A DNA stretch of 64,000 nt from a virus. The notes under the pieces were generated by a model that did no database searches, was not told where the DNA came from, and saw only the letters and a list, made by a program, of their open reading frames with translations. The translations under genes were made by a program, and so were the position numbers. The DNA is taken from the IMG/VR virus record IMGVR_UViG_3300018080_008375, positions 35,822 through 99,821 of that record; one strand, 5' to 3'. This document shows positions 1-8,010 of this stretch, one piece after another. Each line of letters starts with the position of its first letter. Position 1 is the stretch's first letter.

Positions 1-54
1 TATGACCATGAGCGGTTTCTGGGCGTTCTGACGGAAGTGTAGAAAGGAAAGCGA

Positions 55-618
55 ATGAAGTATATGCTTGCAGTGGACCTGGAGACTACCGGGCTGAATC
101 CGAGGCATCATGAGATCACGCAGATAGGCGCGATCCTGCTGGACAGGGAGTTGAAGGAACTCGGCGAGTTCGAGACGCTTGTTAAGATCGACTATCCGGA
201 GCGCGGGCTTGAGGGCGGCTTTGATGTGTTCAAATACACCGGTATTACGCAGGACAGTCTCAAAGACGCTCCGACGCTGAAGAAGTCCCTGCGCGCCATG
301 GAGGTGTTCGTTAGGTCCAAGATCGGCGGGTTTAGCCTGGAAAGCGTGGCGGTGTTCGGCCAGAACCCGCGCTTCGATGTCGGCTTCCTGGAGGAGGCGT
401 ACAGGAGCCTCGGATGGAAGTTTCCGTTCGATTTCCATGTCATCGGCCTTGAGAGTGCGTATGTGTTCTATAGCCTCAAGAAGAACGGAACGCTGCCGGT
501 CGGTCTCCGCCTGAAGGACATCTGTAAGAAGGCGGGAATCAAGAATGCGCAGGAGCACAATGCCATAGCAGACATTCGTGCTACAGTCGATTCGCTCAGG
601 GCGCTTTTGGAAAAGTAG
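55..618 (+). CDS. DEDDh 3'-5' exonuclease (DnaQ/epsilon-like)
   Basis: ExoI DLETTG, ExoII QNPRFD, ExoIII HNAIAD motifs. Confidence 0.9.
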   Translation: MKYMLAVDLETTGLNPRHHEITQIGAILLDRELKELGEFETLVKIDYPERGLEGGFDVFKYTGITQDSLKDAPTLKKSLRAMEVFVRSKIGGFSLESVAVFGQNPRFDVGFLEEAYRSLGWKFPFDFHVIGLESAYVFYSLKKNGTLPVGLRLKDICKKAGIKNAQEHNAIADIRATVDSLRALLEK

Positions 619-653
619 GGTGCTGAAATTGGGGTGATGAAAGGAGTTGTTCC

Positions 654-1079
654 ATGGAAGTTTTTTTGCTTATCGTTGTCGTAGCGATTGCTTTGCTGCT
701 GATGTTTCTGCCGCATTCCGGCAAGAAGAAGTGGGCCGAGTCGCATAGGAGGGGGTTGGAGGAACAATATGCTCCCTGGTCGGCACCACAGGAAGAAAAG
801 GAGCCGGAGGACCTACGGGCAGACTCCGATTTGGAGCCGTCAGAAGGTTTCTGTAACGGTACGCGCGTCGTCGCGCAGGCAGTGTTTCGAGTTGCCAAGA
901 CGACCCGTGGATGGGCTTTGTTCGACGGAAAGAAGACTATCCTCACGCGCAAGAAGAAGCGTGATGCCGTGGCTGAGGCAAGAAGCGTTGCCAATGCGCG
1001 TCAACCGTCACGGCTGGAGATCTACAAGGCGGACGGAGAGTGCCAGGTGTCGCACGAATACGGAAAGAGCAAGGGGTAG
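654..1079 (+). CDS. Membrane-anchored protein with C-terminal DUF2188-like domain
   Basis: N-terminal hydrophobic helix; C-terminal GW...KRDAVAEARSVA...LEIYKADG pattern; SD AAGGAG upstream. Confidence 0.55.
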   Translation: MEVFLLIVVVAIALLLMFLPHSGKKKWAESHRRGLEEQYAPWSAPQEEKEPEDLRADSDLEPSEGFCNGTRVVAQAVFRVAKTTRGWALFDGKKTILTRKKKRDAVAEARSVANARQPSRLEIYKADGECQVSHEYGKSKG

Positions 1080-1183
1080 CGCAAGTGCTGGGGCTGGCAG
1101 GTGCGCAATGCTAATGGTTTTGTGTTTTTGTGCGCGTGGTTTTGAGTTTCTCGACCACGGCTTTTATCTAGGAGGTTGTTTCA

Positions 1184-1423
1184 ATGTCACAGAGCATTAC
1201 ATGGGACGACACGGCTGTCGGATGGGTTTACAACACCGGCATGTGGGGCGATTTGCTGAACGAAATGCTCGATGACGAAGACGAGGAGAGCGGGAAACCT
1301 TCTGAAGAAGCCGAGCCTGAAAACAACGGCAACCGCGAACTGTGCTGGTGGTGCGGAAGGCGCACTGAAGTGCGCGCTTTGTTCACCGGAACATGCCGCA
1401 TTTGCTCGTCGTGTAACAAATAA
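1184..1423 (+). CDS. Small hypothetical protein with CxxC...CxxC Zn ribbon
   Basis: SD AGGAGG upstream; CWWC and CSSC. Confidence 0.6.
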   Translation: MSQSITWDDTAVGWVYNTGMWGDLLNEMLDDEDEESGKPSEEAEPENNGNRELCWWCGRRTEVRALFTGTCRICSSCNK

Positions 1424-1497
1424 GGCTCCGTGTGCTAACTGGCATAGCATCTCGATTTAAAATCGAGCGTTTGGGGGTTCGAATCCCTCCGGGGCCA
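1424..1497 (+). tRNA. tRNA-Leu(UAA) with short (class I-like) variable loop, no encoded CCA
   Basis: Acceptor GGCTCCG/CGGGGCC+A73; D stem TGCT/AGCA; anticodon stem CTCGA/TCGAG with loop TT-TAA-AA; T arm GGGGG-TTCGAAT-CCCTC. Confidence 0.85.
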
Positions 1498-1508
1498 TCG
1501 GAGGAAAG

Positions 1509-1766
1509 ATGGACGAAAACAGAATGGGAAATTACAACCGGGAGAAGAGTAGCCCGAGCGCCAAACAGTTGCTGCGGCAGCTGAGAGAGATGAAAACGCT
1601 GTTCAGGCGCGAGAGGGACACGGTGCGCAAGAACATCGCCCTGCTGACGGCGAACATGGGAGAGTTCGCCGTCGCCATTGACGCCGCCCTGGAAAAGACC
1701 AAAGGCAGCCTGGAAGAGCTGCGGGCGTACAGGAAGGCGATGGAGCGGAGGTCGGACAGGAAATGA
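1509..1766 (+). CDS. Hypothetical coiled-coil protein
   Basis: SD GGAGG upstream; heptad-like composition. Confidence 0.6.
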   Translation: MDENRMGNYNREKSSPSAKQLLRQLREMKTLFRRERDTVRKNIALLTANMGEFAVAIDAALEKTKGSLEELRAYRKAMERRSDRK

Positions 1767-1803
1767 CTTGGGACTACCAGCACTGGAACTAGGGAGATGC
1801 GAT

Positions 1804-2307
1804 ATGGAGCGGACACTGCTCTTGAGCCAATCGTACGAGCCGATTGCGACCATATCCTGGCAGAGGGCCATATGCCTGCTGATGCTGGGCAAGGTGGAGA
1901 TAGTCGAGGAGTACGACCGCAGCGTGCGCTCCGTGTCGGTGGTTTTCAAGATGCCGGCCGTCGTGCGCCTGGTGAATGCTTTCAGGCGCCACAAGAAGGG
2001 CGTCAAGTTCAGCAAGCAGAATGTTTTTGCGCGGGACAGGTGGAAATGCCAGTATTGCGGCATCAAGAAACCAGCAACTGAACTCACATATGACCATGTT
2101 GTTCCAAGGTCTCGAGGTGGCAAGACATGCTGGGAGAACATTGTCACGTCGTGCTCGGAATGTAATTCCAAGAAGGGCAACAGGACTCCGCAGCAGGCCG
2201 GAATGAGGCTGAAGAGGGTTCCGGTCAGGCCTGACTGGGTGCCCGTGTTCGCCGTGCAGGTGAGCCGCGACATGCCCGATGCGTGGCGCAACTACTGCTG
2301 GAGTTAG
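1804..2307 (+). CDS. HNH endonuclease (McrA-like)
   Basis: RDRWKCQYCG, TYDHVVPRSRGG, NIVTSCSECNSKKG; start moved to ATG 1804 (MERTLLL). Confidence 0.9.
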   Translation: MERTLLLSQSYEPIATISWQRAICLLMLGKVEIVEEYDRSVRSVSVVFKMPAVVRLVNAFRRHKKGVKFSKQNVFARDRWKCQYCGIKKPATELTYDHVVPRSRGGKTCWENIVTSCSECNSKKGNRTPQQAGMRLKRVPVRPDWVPVFAVQVSRDMPDAWRNYCWS

Positions 2308-2323
2308 TTTTTTACTAGCATTT

Positions 2324-2367
2324 TCTACCAATATTCCTGTATGTACACACATATGGAATATTGGAGG
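2324..2367 (+). promoter_or_regulatory. Putative phage promoter motif inside an RBS-sequestering hairpin
   Basis: TCTACCAATATTCCTGTAT; inverted repeat CCAATATTCC (2328-2337) / GGAATATTGG (2355-2364) overlaps SD GGAGG (2363-2367). Confidence 0.6.
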
Positions 2368-2375
2368 TTCGAATC

Positions 2376-3110
2376 GTGAAGGGTCAAACCAAGTATGAAA
2401 AGGAAATTGTAGAAAATGCTGTTCAAAACGCGCGATCTTTAAGAGAAGCCATTGAGAATCTTGGTCTAAAACCCAACAATGGCAACTACAGGTTTATTTC
2501 TGCAAAAGTAAGGCTGTACGGCATATCCATAGAGCATTTTGTAAGACACGCAACGCGTGGGTGTACGGCACACAATAGCCAAGCAATAAGGAATGTTCGA
2601 AACCAGTTGCGATGGACGGATGATGAGTTGTTCAGAAAATCGTCTGTATATGTTTCTGGTTCGAGACTGAGAAAACGTTTGTTGGAAAAGGGGTGGGAAT
2701 ACAAGTGTGCCATATGCGGGCATGATCCCATATGGAACGGGAAAAAGCTTACTTTACAAGTAGATCATATCAACGGAGATAGCATTGATAACAGGTTGGA
2801 AAATCTGAGGTTTTTGTGTCCGAACTGCCATTCCCAAACGGCAACTTTCGGGAACAACAAAAATCGTGCTACAAAGCCTGAGAAAACCTGTAACATATGT
2901 GGTCGACCTGTCCATTACAAAAACAAAAGCGGACGGTGTCGAGGCTGTAGCAACAGACTTAGTGGTTGTCAGCGGCGTGGGCAAAACACAAAAATAAAAT
3001 GGCCGCCGCACGCACGGCTTTTGAAAATGGTCGAAAAAACTTCATTTTCGGCTGTCGGAAGAAAGCTTGGTGTTTCTGATAATGCAGTTCGCAAGCATCT
3101 TAAAATATGA
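2376..3110 (+). mobile_element. Free-standing HNH homing endonuclease gene in the tRNA cluster
   Basis: CAICG...LQVDHINGDSIDNRLENLRFLCPNCHSQ; C-terminal Zn finger and HTH (VGRKLGVSDNAVRK); visibly more AT-rich than flanks; ends 2 nt before tRNA-Pro; GTG start 8 nt after SD. Confidence 0.8.
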
Positions 3111-3112
3111 GA

Positions 3113-3186
<74 letters not shown>

Positions 3187-3303
3187 CAGATAGGGTCCTG
3201 GCGCGGACCCTGGCGCAGTTTGCGTACATGGCTTTTTGCGGAGCTAGCCTGCCGGGGCGTTGTACCGGATCGTTTCATCCGCCCATGCTTTCATACGCGC
3301 CAT

Positions 3304-3384
3304 GGAGGGTGCCGCCAAGGTGGCAACGCCGGCTTGAACCCGGTGGGGGCTTGGTCGCTCGGGGTTCGATTCCTCCACCCTCCG
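3304..3384 (+). tRNA. tRNA-Ser(UGA) with 8/4 fold
   Basis: 8-bp acceptor GGAGGGTG/CACCCTCC+G73; 4-bp T stem GGGG/CCTC with TTCGATT loop; 6-bp anticodon stem with loop CT-TGA-AC; variable arm GGGC/GCTC. Confidence 0.8.
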
Positions 3385-3399
3385 CCCGAGGAGAAAGAC

Positions 3400-3576
3400 A
3401 TGAAGGAAGCCAGATGCCCCGTGTGCGGGAGAACATGGGAGCTGTCCGTCCGCTCCAAAGACGACAAGCTCCCCCAATGCGGGTGTTTTGACCTGATGTC
3501 GGGCGTATGCTGGACATGCTGTCTCCTACACAGCATGTCATGTCCCGCAGAGGCATCCGAAAGGGAAGAACAATGA
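3400..3576 (+). CDS. Small Cys-rich hypothetical protein
   Basis: SD GAGGAG; CPVC and further Cys; ATGA overlap with next gene. Confidence 0.5.
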   Translation: MKEARCPVCGRTWELSVRSKDDKLPQCGCFDLMSGVCWTCCLLHSMSCPAEASEREEQ

Positions 3577-4118
3577 GTTCCGTAGTTCGCCTGGTTCTTG
3601 ACGGACCGGCAAAGCCGGACAGCGGTGTTGATATTCTTCTGGAGGCTTTCAGGCGCTGGCCGAGGGACCTGGAATCCGACTACATGCTAGTCTACATGAT
3701 CACTCCCGGCGGCTTTATGGAGTTTCCCCTGCCAGACTCGTGGAGCGGTTGCTGCGGCTGCCACGACCTGAACATCTTCAGTCCGAGAGCGAAGGCGAAC
3801 AGGAAGCCTGGGTCGCCCAGAAGCAGGCGGGCGATAGAGATGAAGTCCAAGGTGTCATGGAAGGAGCCGGACGTTGTGCTGCACCACCCCCACGCCACGG
3901 ACACGCCCATGGCATGGCAGCTCGGATGGTCGGGGCTGGTGAAAGAATTCGAGCCCGTTGTGTGCGCTTCTGCCATAGGATACTACTCGTACGAGCATTC
4001 GACTCCCAGGTGCACGCTCAAGAGCGTGCTCGACGGAACGCATCCGGGGACCGAGGTGTGCGACATCGTGATCGACACGTCTCCATACCGGTCCAGACCC
4101 GGAATGTACATGAGATAG
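3573..4118 (+). CDS. Hypothetical protein, possible C-N hydrolase-like fragment
   Basis: TPGGF and GCHDLNIFSPR motifs; coupled start. Confidence 0.45.
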   Translation: MSSVVRLVLDGPAKPDSGVDILLEAFRRWPRDLESDYMLVYMITPGGFMEFPLPDSWSGCCGCHDLNIFSPRAKANRKPGSPRSRRAIEMKSKVSWKEPDVVLHHPHATDTPMAWQLGWSGLVKEFEPVVCASAIGYYSYEHSTPRCTLKSVLDGTHPGTEVCDIVIDTSPYRSRPGMYMR

Positions 4119-4128
4119 CGGAGCCCAG

Positions 4129-4788
4129 ATGAGAGATCCGGAGAGAATACCAGTAATATTGAGCAGGATCGAGGAGATCTGGAAGAAGAATCCGGACATG
4201 CGCCTCGGACAGCTGCTTTCAAACCCGTTTGTAGATCTAACGCCGCTGTTCTATTCGGAGGACGATGCCTTGGTGGGACGGCTTGAGGACCTGTATGTCC
4301 GCGGAAAGCAGCTGGAGAAAAGCCACAGGTGGTGGATGGAAAGGATTCGCACTCCGAAGATAGGGGCGGCCGGCATTGTCGAAAGCAACCGCGGAAACCT
4401 GCTTGTGATAGAGCGCGGAAATCCCCCGCTCGGTTTCGCATTTCCAGGAGGATTCGTGGATATGGGCGAGACGGTTGCCGAGGCAGCCAGGCGCGAGGTT
4501 TTGGAGGAAACCGGCATCAGGACACTTCCTGCCTGCGCCGGCCTGTTGCGCTTGTCATCAAGGCCTTCCGACCATCCCGCGGATCATTTTGTTACTGTGT
4601 TCATGGTGATGTATGCTTTGGGCGAAAGCGATCCGCAAGCTGGAGACGATGCCTTGGACGCATGGTGGATGAGCCCTGACAACTGCATGTCGTCGATAGG
4701 GGAGTTTGCGCCTGTGTACGGAGATGCTCTGAGGATGTATATGGGCTGGACTAAAAGCGGTCGTCCGAGGCTTCCAGAGGCGGCATAG
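4129..4788 (+). CDS. NUDIX hydrolase with extra N-terminal helical domain
   Basis: Nudix box GGFVDMGETVAEAARREVLEETG; N-terminal MRDPERI...WKKNPDMRLGQLL. Confidence 0.85.
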   Translation: MRDPERIPVILSRIEEIWKKNPDMRLGQLLSNPFVDLTPLFYSEDDALVGRLEDLYVRGKQLEKSHRWWMERIRTPKIGAAGIVESNRGNLLVIERGNPPLGFAFPGGFVDMGETVAEAARREVLEETGIRTLPACAGLLRLSSRPSDHPADHFVTVFMVMYALGESDPQAGDDALDAWWMSPDNCMSSIGEFAPVYGDALRMYMGWTKSGRPRLPEAA

Positions 4789-4796
4789 GAGGATAC

Positions 4797-5255
4797 ATGG
4801 GAAACAAGCCGTGGTACGGAGACTGGCACCTGCTGTACGAGCTTAGCAACAGCGGGGGACCGTATCCCTCCCCGCCCGCGCCGGGCGCCAAGGCGGTCCC
4901 GTTCGGATTCGAGGTTCCGAAGCATCCGTGGCCCGAGTGGCTGGACGGCAACTACAAGGTCCTGTCCAACCCGGCGTACAGGTCGTCGTACGACAGCAGC
5001 TCAGCGAGCGGCTCGATCGGAATATACAGCTTCGAGATCCGGGTGGTCCTCAAGGACGGCGTGAGCGAGGAAGCGGCCGTCGAGCGCCTGTACGCGTCGG
5101 GATGCGACGACGCACTGTTTGCCGTGTGCGACGGGGGCGTCAGGCTCGATTTCGACAGGGAAGCCGATTCTTTAAGCGAGGCGCTGGATTCGGCCTGCGC
5201 CGATATCATGAAATCCGGCGTTGCGCTGATGTGCGGCAGCAAAAAGATACGATAG
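4797..5255 (+). CDS. Hypothetical protein
   Basis: SD AGGAGG; C-terminal LYASGCDDA...LDFDREADSL domain. Confidence 0.55.
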   Translation: MGNKPWYGDWHLLYELSNSGGPYPSPPAPGAKAVPFGFEVPKHPWPEWLDGNYKVLSNPAYRSSYDSSSASGSIGIYSFEIRVVLKDGVSEEAAVERLYASGCDDALFAVCDGGVRLDFDREADSLSEALDSACADIMKSGVALMCGSKKIR

Positions 5256-5266
5256 GAGGTTTCAAA

Positions 5267-5990
5267 ATGACAAACACAAGGAGGTCTCTTTGACAAGGCT
5301 CTTGTCGAGATAAGGGCCGCAGAAGGTGGAGACGACGCGAAGCTGCTTGTCTCGGACCTGTTCCAAGTCTACATGAAGTGGTGCCGCCGCCGCGGCTTCG
5401 AGGCTGACATGTCGTTCAGCGCCGAGGCTGGAGGCGGTTTTTCTTTGGTTGAATTCGTGGTGTCCGGAGACGGCGCGCGCGATGCGTTCATGAACGAAGC
5501 CGGAGGCCACAGGTTCCAGAGGGTGCCGCCAACAGAAAAGCGAGGAAGGAGACAGACATCCACGGTGACGGTGGCAGTCCTGCCGATAGCGTCCGAGACA
5601 GAAATGAGAATAGACCAGTCAGAGTTGTCATGGGAGGTGAAGCGCGGGAATGGAGCCGGAGGCCAGCATCGCAATGTTACCGAAAGCGCCGTTAGGGTGA
5701 CGCATGTTTCTACAGGCATTTCAGCCACATGCCAAGACGAGCGGTCCCAGCACCGCAACAAGAAGAGGGCGCTTGAGATACTGCGCGCCAGGCTTTTTGA
5801 CAAGGTGGAATCGGAATCCGCAGCTGAGGAAAATGCCAGGAGAAAGAAGCAGGTTGGGTCAGGAATGCGCGGGGACAAGATCAGGACCTACCGCTACCAG
5901 GACGGAAGGGCGGTGGATCACAGGACTGGCAGGAAGGTGAGGCTGGAAGATGTTTTGTCTGGAAACCTGGATGTTTTTCGAAAGGGCTAG
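5267..5990 (+). CDS. Class I peptide chain release factor (RF1-type PxT, no domain 1), expressed via +1 programmed frameshift; about 240 aa
   Basis: SD AGGAGGT + ATG 5267, 8 codons to CTT TGA C; +1 frame continues DKALVEIRAAEGGDDA...HRFQRVPPTEKRGRRQTS...GAGGQHRN...GMRGDKIRTY. Confidence 0.88.
5279..5294 (+). promoter_or_regulatory. prfB-type +1 ribosomal frameshift cassette
   Basis: AGG AGG TCT CTT TGA C versus E. coli prfB AGG GGG TAT CTT TGA C: internal SD, 3-nt spacer, slippery CTT-T, weak UGAC stop. Confidence 0.85.
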
Positions 5991-7150
5991 TTGTCCACTT
6001 TTTTGCCGGATCTCCACTGATAGCATGACCAGTACTTCGCCTTTGTCTTGTCTTTGGCGGATTCGCTGTCGCATTTGTGCCGAGAACGGAAATTTCTCCT
6101 GCGTTCCGGGTCGTCGCGCCTGATTTCCATTTCCGGGTCGCCAAACTGTATTTTGCGCACCTTCTTGGTTTTCGGGTCCTTTACAAAGACATGAAACTTT
6201 TTCTTGTTTCCTGGCGGGTTGCGAACCGGGTCGTTCAGCTTGATCTTTTTTCCTTGGTATTCGGCAGCCGACACATGTAGGCTGCTCTTTTTGGGTTTGG
6301 AGAATTCCTGGATCTTCCTGAACGATGCCTCGAATTCTTTTTCCATATCGATGATGGCTTGTTTTTTGTCGGTAATTTCTTGTTCAAGTTCTTCCCATCT
6401 GGGAGAGAGCCTGGAGCGTATCTCCTGGATCTCTTTGGCGCGCGGGTTTTTTCTCTCTATGCGCAGCATGCGCGCGTATTCGGGACGCATTTTTTCCCTT
6501 TCGATGTTGAGCGTTTTCAGCTCCTGCCTGGCTCTTGGAATCATCTCCTCGCTAAGCTGGCGGGCGGCGTCTATTTCGCGCTCGAGCCTTGACCCCTTGG
6601 CCATTTTGGCGATGTCGGATATTTTCCAGGCGGCGTAGTGAAGCTCGTTGTCGAATGCGTGGAACGGCTTGAGGCCTTTTGACATGACATAGTTTATGAA
6701 CGACTCCTTGTCCGTGAAGCCTAGGAGGCGCGTGGCGGCATAGGTGGTCGTGTATATCTTTTCTCCATTTCGGGTGTTGCGCTGGACAAAATCGCGCAGG
6801 CGCCCTGACACAGAGCGCGGAAGCTCTGAGAGGGGCATCTTGTACAGCTCCTCTTCCACGAGTTTGACCTCGTGAGGGGACAGCGGTTCGCCTCGGTTCA
6901 TTTTCTCTTTTAATTCCGCAGCTCTCCTGGCACATTTTGGACATTGCGACATATTGGGCGGAATTTCTTTTCCGCATATGCGGCATGATGGTCTTTTTTC
7001 AGGTTTTTTTTCTTTGCGTTTTGTTTTGTGTGCGGACATCGGTCTGTCCGGGCAGTTTGGGCAGGTTGAAAGGTTTGCGGAAAACTTTCCGCCGCATTTC
7101 GGGCAGATGCGCCATCTGCCGGCTCGTTTGAACATGGGGCGTGTTGTCAT
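5987..7150 (-). CDS. Hypothetical protein with N-terminal Zn ribbons and a conserved-looking viral C-terminal domain
   Basis: Only convincing minus-strand gene; SD AGGAG; AEYQGKKIKL...KKFHVFVKDP...FGDP...FRSRHKC...KYWSC resembles a domain I recall from large-phage proteins. Confidence 0.7.
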   Translation of the reverse strand: MTTRPMFKRAGRWRICPKCGGKFSANLSTCPNCPDRPMSAHKTKRKEKKPEKRPSCRICGKEIPPNMSQCPKCARRAAELKEKMNRGEPLSPHEVKLVEEELYKMPLSELPRSVSGRLRDFVQRNTRNGEKIYTTTYAATRLLGFTDKESFINYVMSKGLKPFHAFDNELHYAAWKISDIAKMAKGSRLEREIDAARQLSEEMIPRARQELKTLNIEREKMRPEYARMLRIERKNPRAKEIQEIRSRLSPRWEELEQEITDKKQAIIDMEKEFEASFRKIQEFSKPKKSSLHVSAAEYQGKKIKLNDPVRNPPGNKKKFHVFVKDPKTKKVRKIQFGDPEMEIRRDDPERRRNFRSRHKCDSESAKDKTKAKYWSCYQWRSGKKVDN

Positions 7151-7181
7151 GTCGCACTCCTACTGATGGTCAGTTATATCT

Positions 7182-7200
7182 ATTCGTGATTATTGATAGA
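7182..7200 (-). promoter_or_regulatory. Putative phage promoter motif
   Basis: Minus-strand TCTATCAATAATCACGAAT about 30 nt upstream of the 7150 start; matches the copies at 2324, 36653 and 58987. Confidence 0.55.
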
Positions 7201-7224
7201 ATTTTGCCTAACAAGGATGGGACA

Positions 7225-7992
7225 ATGCTGTTCAAAGAGTTTGATGCGCGGATGCGCGTATACGAGACGGCGCACGACCAATGTGTTCTTCCTGGGGTAT
7301 ACATGGTTGCACGCCTTGATGGAAGGTGTTTTACGCGCCTTACAAAGGTACAAAGGTTTGAGAGGCCGTTTGACGTCGATTTTCGCGACCATATGGTCGC
7401 CGTTGCGTGCCACTTGATGCGCTGTGGATTCAACGCAACATACGCTTACATACAGAGCGACGAAATTTCGCTGCTATTTGATTTGGCAGAAAACACTTTC
7501 GGTCGCAAGCTGCGCAAGTTAAATTCCGTGCTGGCAGGGGAGGCAAGCGCTAAGTTCACAAAATGCCTCGGCGGAGGGGACATGGGAGTGTTCGATTGCC
7601 GCATTTCCCAGCTGCCGCGCACAGGCGATGTGGTTGATTACTTTCGCTGGAGGCAGGAGGACGCTTATCGCAATGCGCTACATGGTCACTGCTATTGGAT
7701 GCTTCGCGGCGATGGCAGGAGTGCTTCCGAAGCTACGAGCTTGTTAAGCGGCAGTTCGTCCTCCGACAAGCAAGAGCTGCTGTTTTCCAATGGGACGAAC
7801 TTCAACGGCATTCCATTGTGGCATAAGCGCGGAACTGGGATATATTGGGAAACATACAAGAAGAAAGCTGCCAATCCAGTTACCGGCGACAAAGTGGATG
7901 TCGAGCGCAGGCGCATTAGAGTTGATTTTGAGTTGCCGATACATGATGAATATGCGTTGTTCGTGCGCCGTCTGATCGGCGTTTTGACATGA
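7225..7992 (+). CDS. tRNA(His) guanylyltransferase Thg1-like protein
   Basis: RMRVYE, ARLDGRCF, YIQSDEISLL, FDCR, YFRWRQEDAYRN, KRG motifs. Confidence 0.92.
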   Translation: MLFKEFDARMRVYETAHDQCVLPGVYMVARLDGRCFTRLTKVQRFERPFDVDFRDHMVAVACHLMRCGFNATYAYIQSDEISLLFDLAENTFGRKLRKLNSVLAGEASAKFTKCLGGGDMGVFDCRISQLPRTGDVVDYFRWRQEDAYRNALHGHCYWMLRGDGRSASEATSLLSGSSSSDKQELLFSNGTNFNGIPLWHKRGTGIYWETYKKKAANPVTGDKVDVERRRIRVDFELPIHDEYALFVRRLIGVLT

Positions 7993-8010
7993 AGGAGGGT
8001 TAGGGGATTG

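Noticed and set aside
1424-1497. Ochre suppressor reading (anticodon UUA)
   Set aside because: The 5-bp stem fixes a 7-nt loop TTTAAAA whose central triplet is TAA (Leu).
3187-3303. tRNA-associated HDV-like (theta) ribozyme
   Set aside because: I could not build the nested double-pseudoknot pattern downstream of any tRNA.
3304-3384. tRNA-Sec
   Set aside because: The anticodon is TGA, not TCA; the fold is 8/4 rather than 8/5; no sel genes are present.
5267-5990. PrfH/RtcB2 or ArfB rescue factor
   Set aside because: It has a full domain 2/4 with the RF1-type PxT loop and no adjacent rtcB.
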